In this document: piece after piece, positions 63,721-64,000 of the stretch
Layout: every line of letters starts with the position of its first letter
How positions within the stretch are numbered: the first letter of the stretch is position 1
Origin: Podarcis vaucheri
Taxonomy: Eukaryota
Length of the DNA: 64,000 nt
Reading direction: 5' to 3' (one strand)
Assembly: GCA_965113315.1 (NCBI GenBank)
Contig: OZ220371.1
Translations under genes and position numbers: made by a program
Notes under the pieces: model-generated
Databases searched by the model: none
The model's input: the letters and a program-made list of their open reading frames with translations, nothing else
Told to the model about the DNA's origin: nothing

Positions 63721-64000
63721 ACCTGATCTAACTAATCTTAGATCCAATGAAATGGATTGTTCAGTAGATGCAGGAAGAAAAGGGAAGTGCACAACTACAC
63801 AACATATGGTTACTTTGGGGTTTCAACGCTCCGAGATATGGTGATAGCTTAGCCACTTCCTTAGATAGCTTCAACCAAATCAGTTGAGGTAGACTTATCA
63901 ACAGGTATTAACAATTACGGCTAAATCATTCTCAGAGGCTGTATAGCTTTGAATACCTGCGACTGATGCCTACTAACAAGGAGTACAATTTCCTTCTCTT

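Noticed and set aside
1-64000. Prokaryote-type systems (CRISPR arrays, operons, rRNA)
   Set aside because: The sequence is vertebrate intronic DNA; no regularly spaced repeat-spacer arrays or rRNA signatures were seen.

Overview
Vertebrate genomic DNA from a squamate, most likely a lacertid lizard (judged from Sauria/Squam SINEs, BovB, CR1, L2 and lizard-type MITEs). The only host coding sequence I can support is one minus-strand internal exon (12260-12044) encoding the cytoplasmic tail of the delta-1 protocadherin PCDH7 (PFRRVTF...DSGLEESETPSSKSS...GEAEHMEN), with two in-frame 5' splice donors 24 nt apart. The rest is probably PCDH7 intron, dense in transposon remnants, many with readable target-site duplications (TSDs), plus two N gaps. 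Most notable: (1) a 1.42-kb hAT element with a perfect 8-bp TSD that appears to carry a captured CpG-island promoter and first exon (Pack-like element); (2) Penelope-type fragments with minimal hammerhead ribozyme motifs, one intact and one pair broken in a fold-back; (3) a ~210-bp duplication plus MITE-centred palindrome starting ~30 nt from the PCDH7 splice acceptor. Repeat family names come from recognition of sequence motifs, not database searches.
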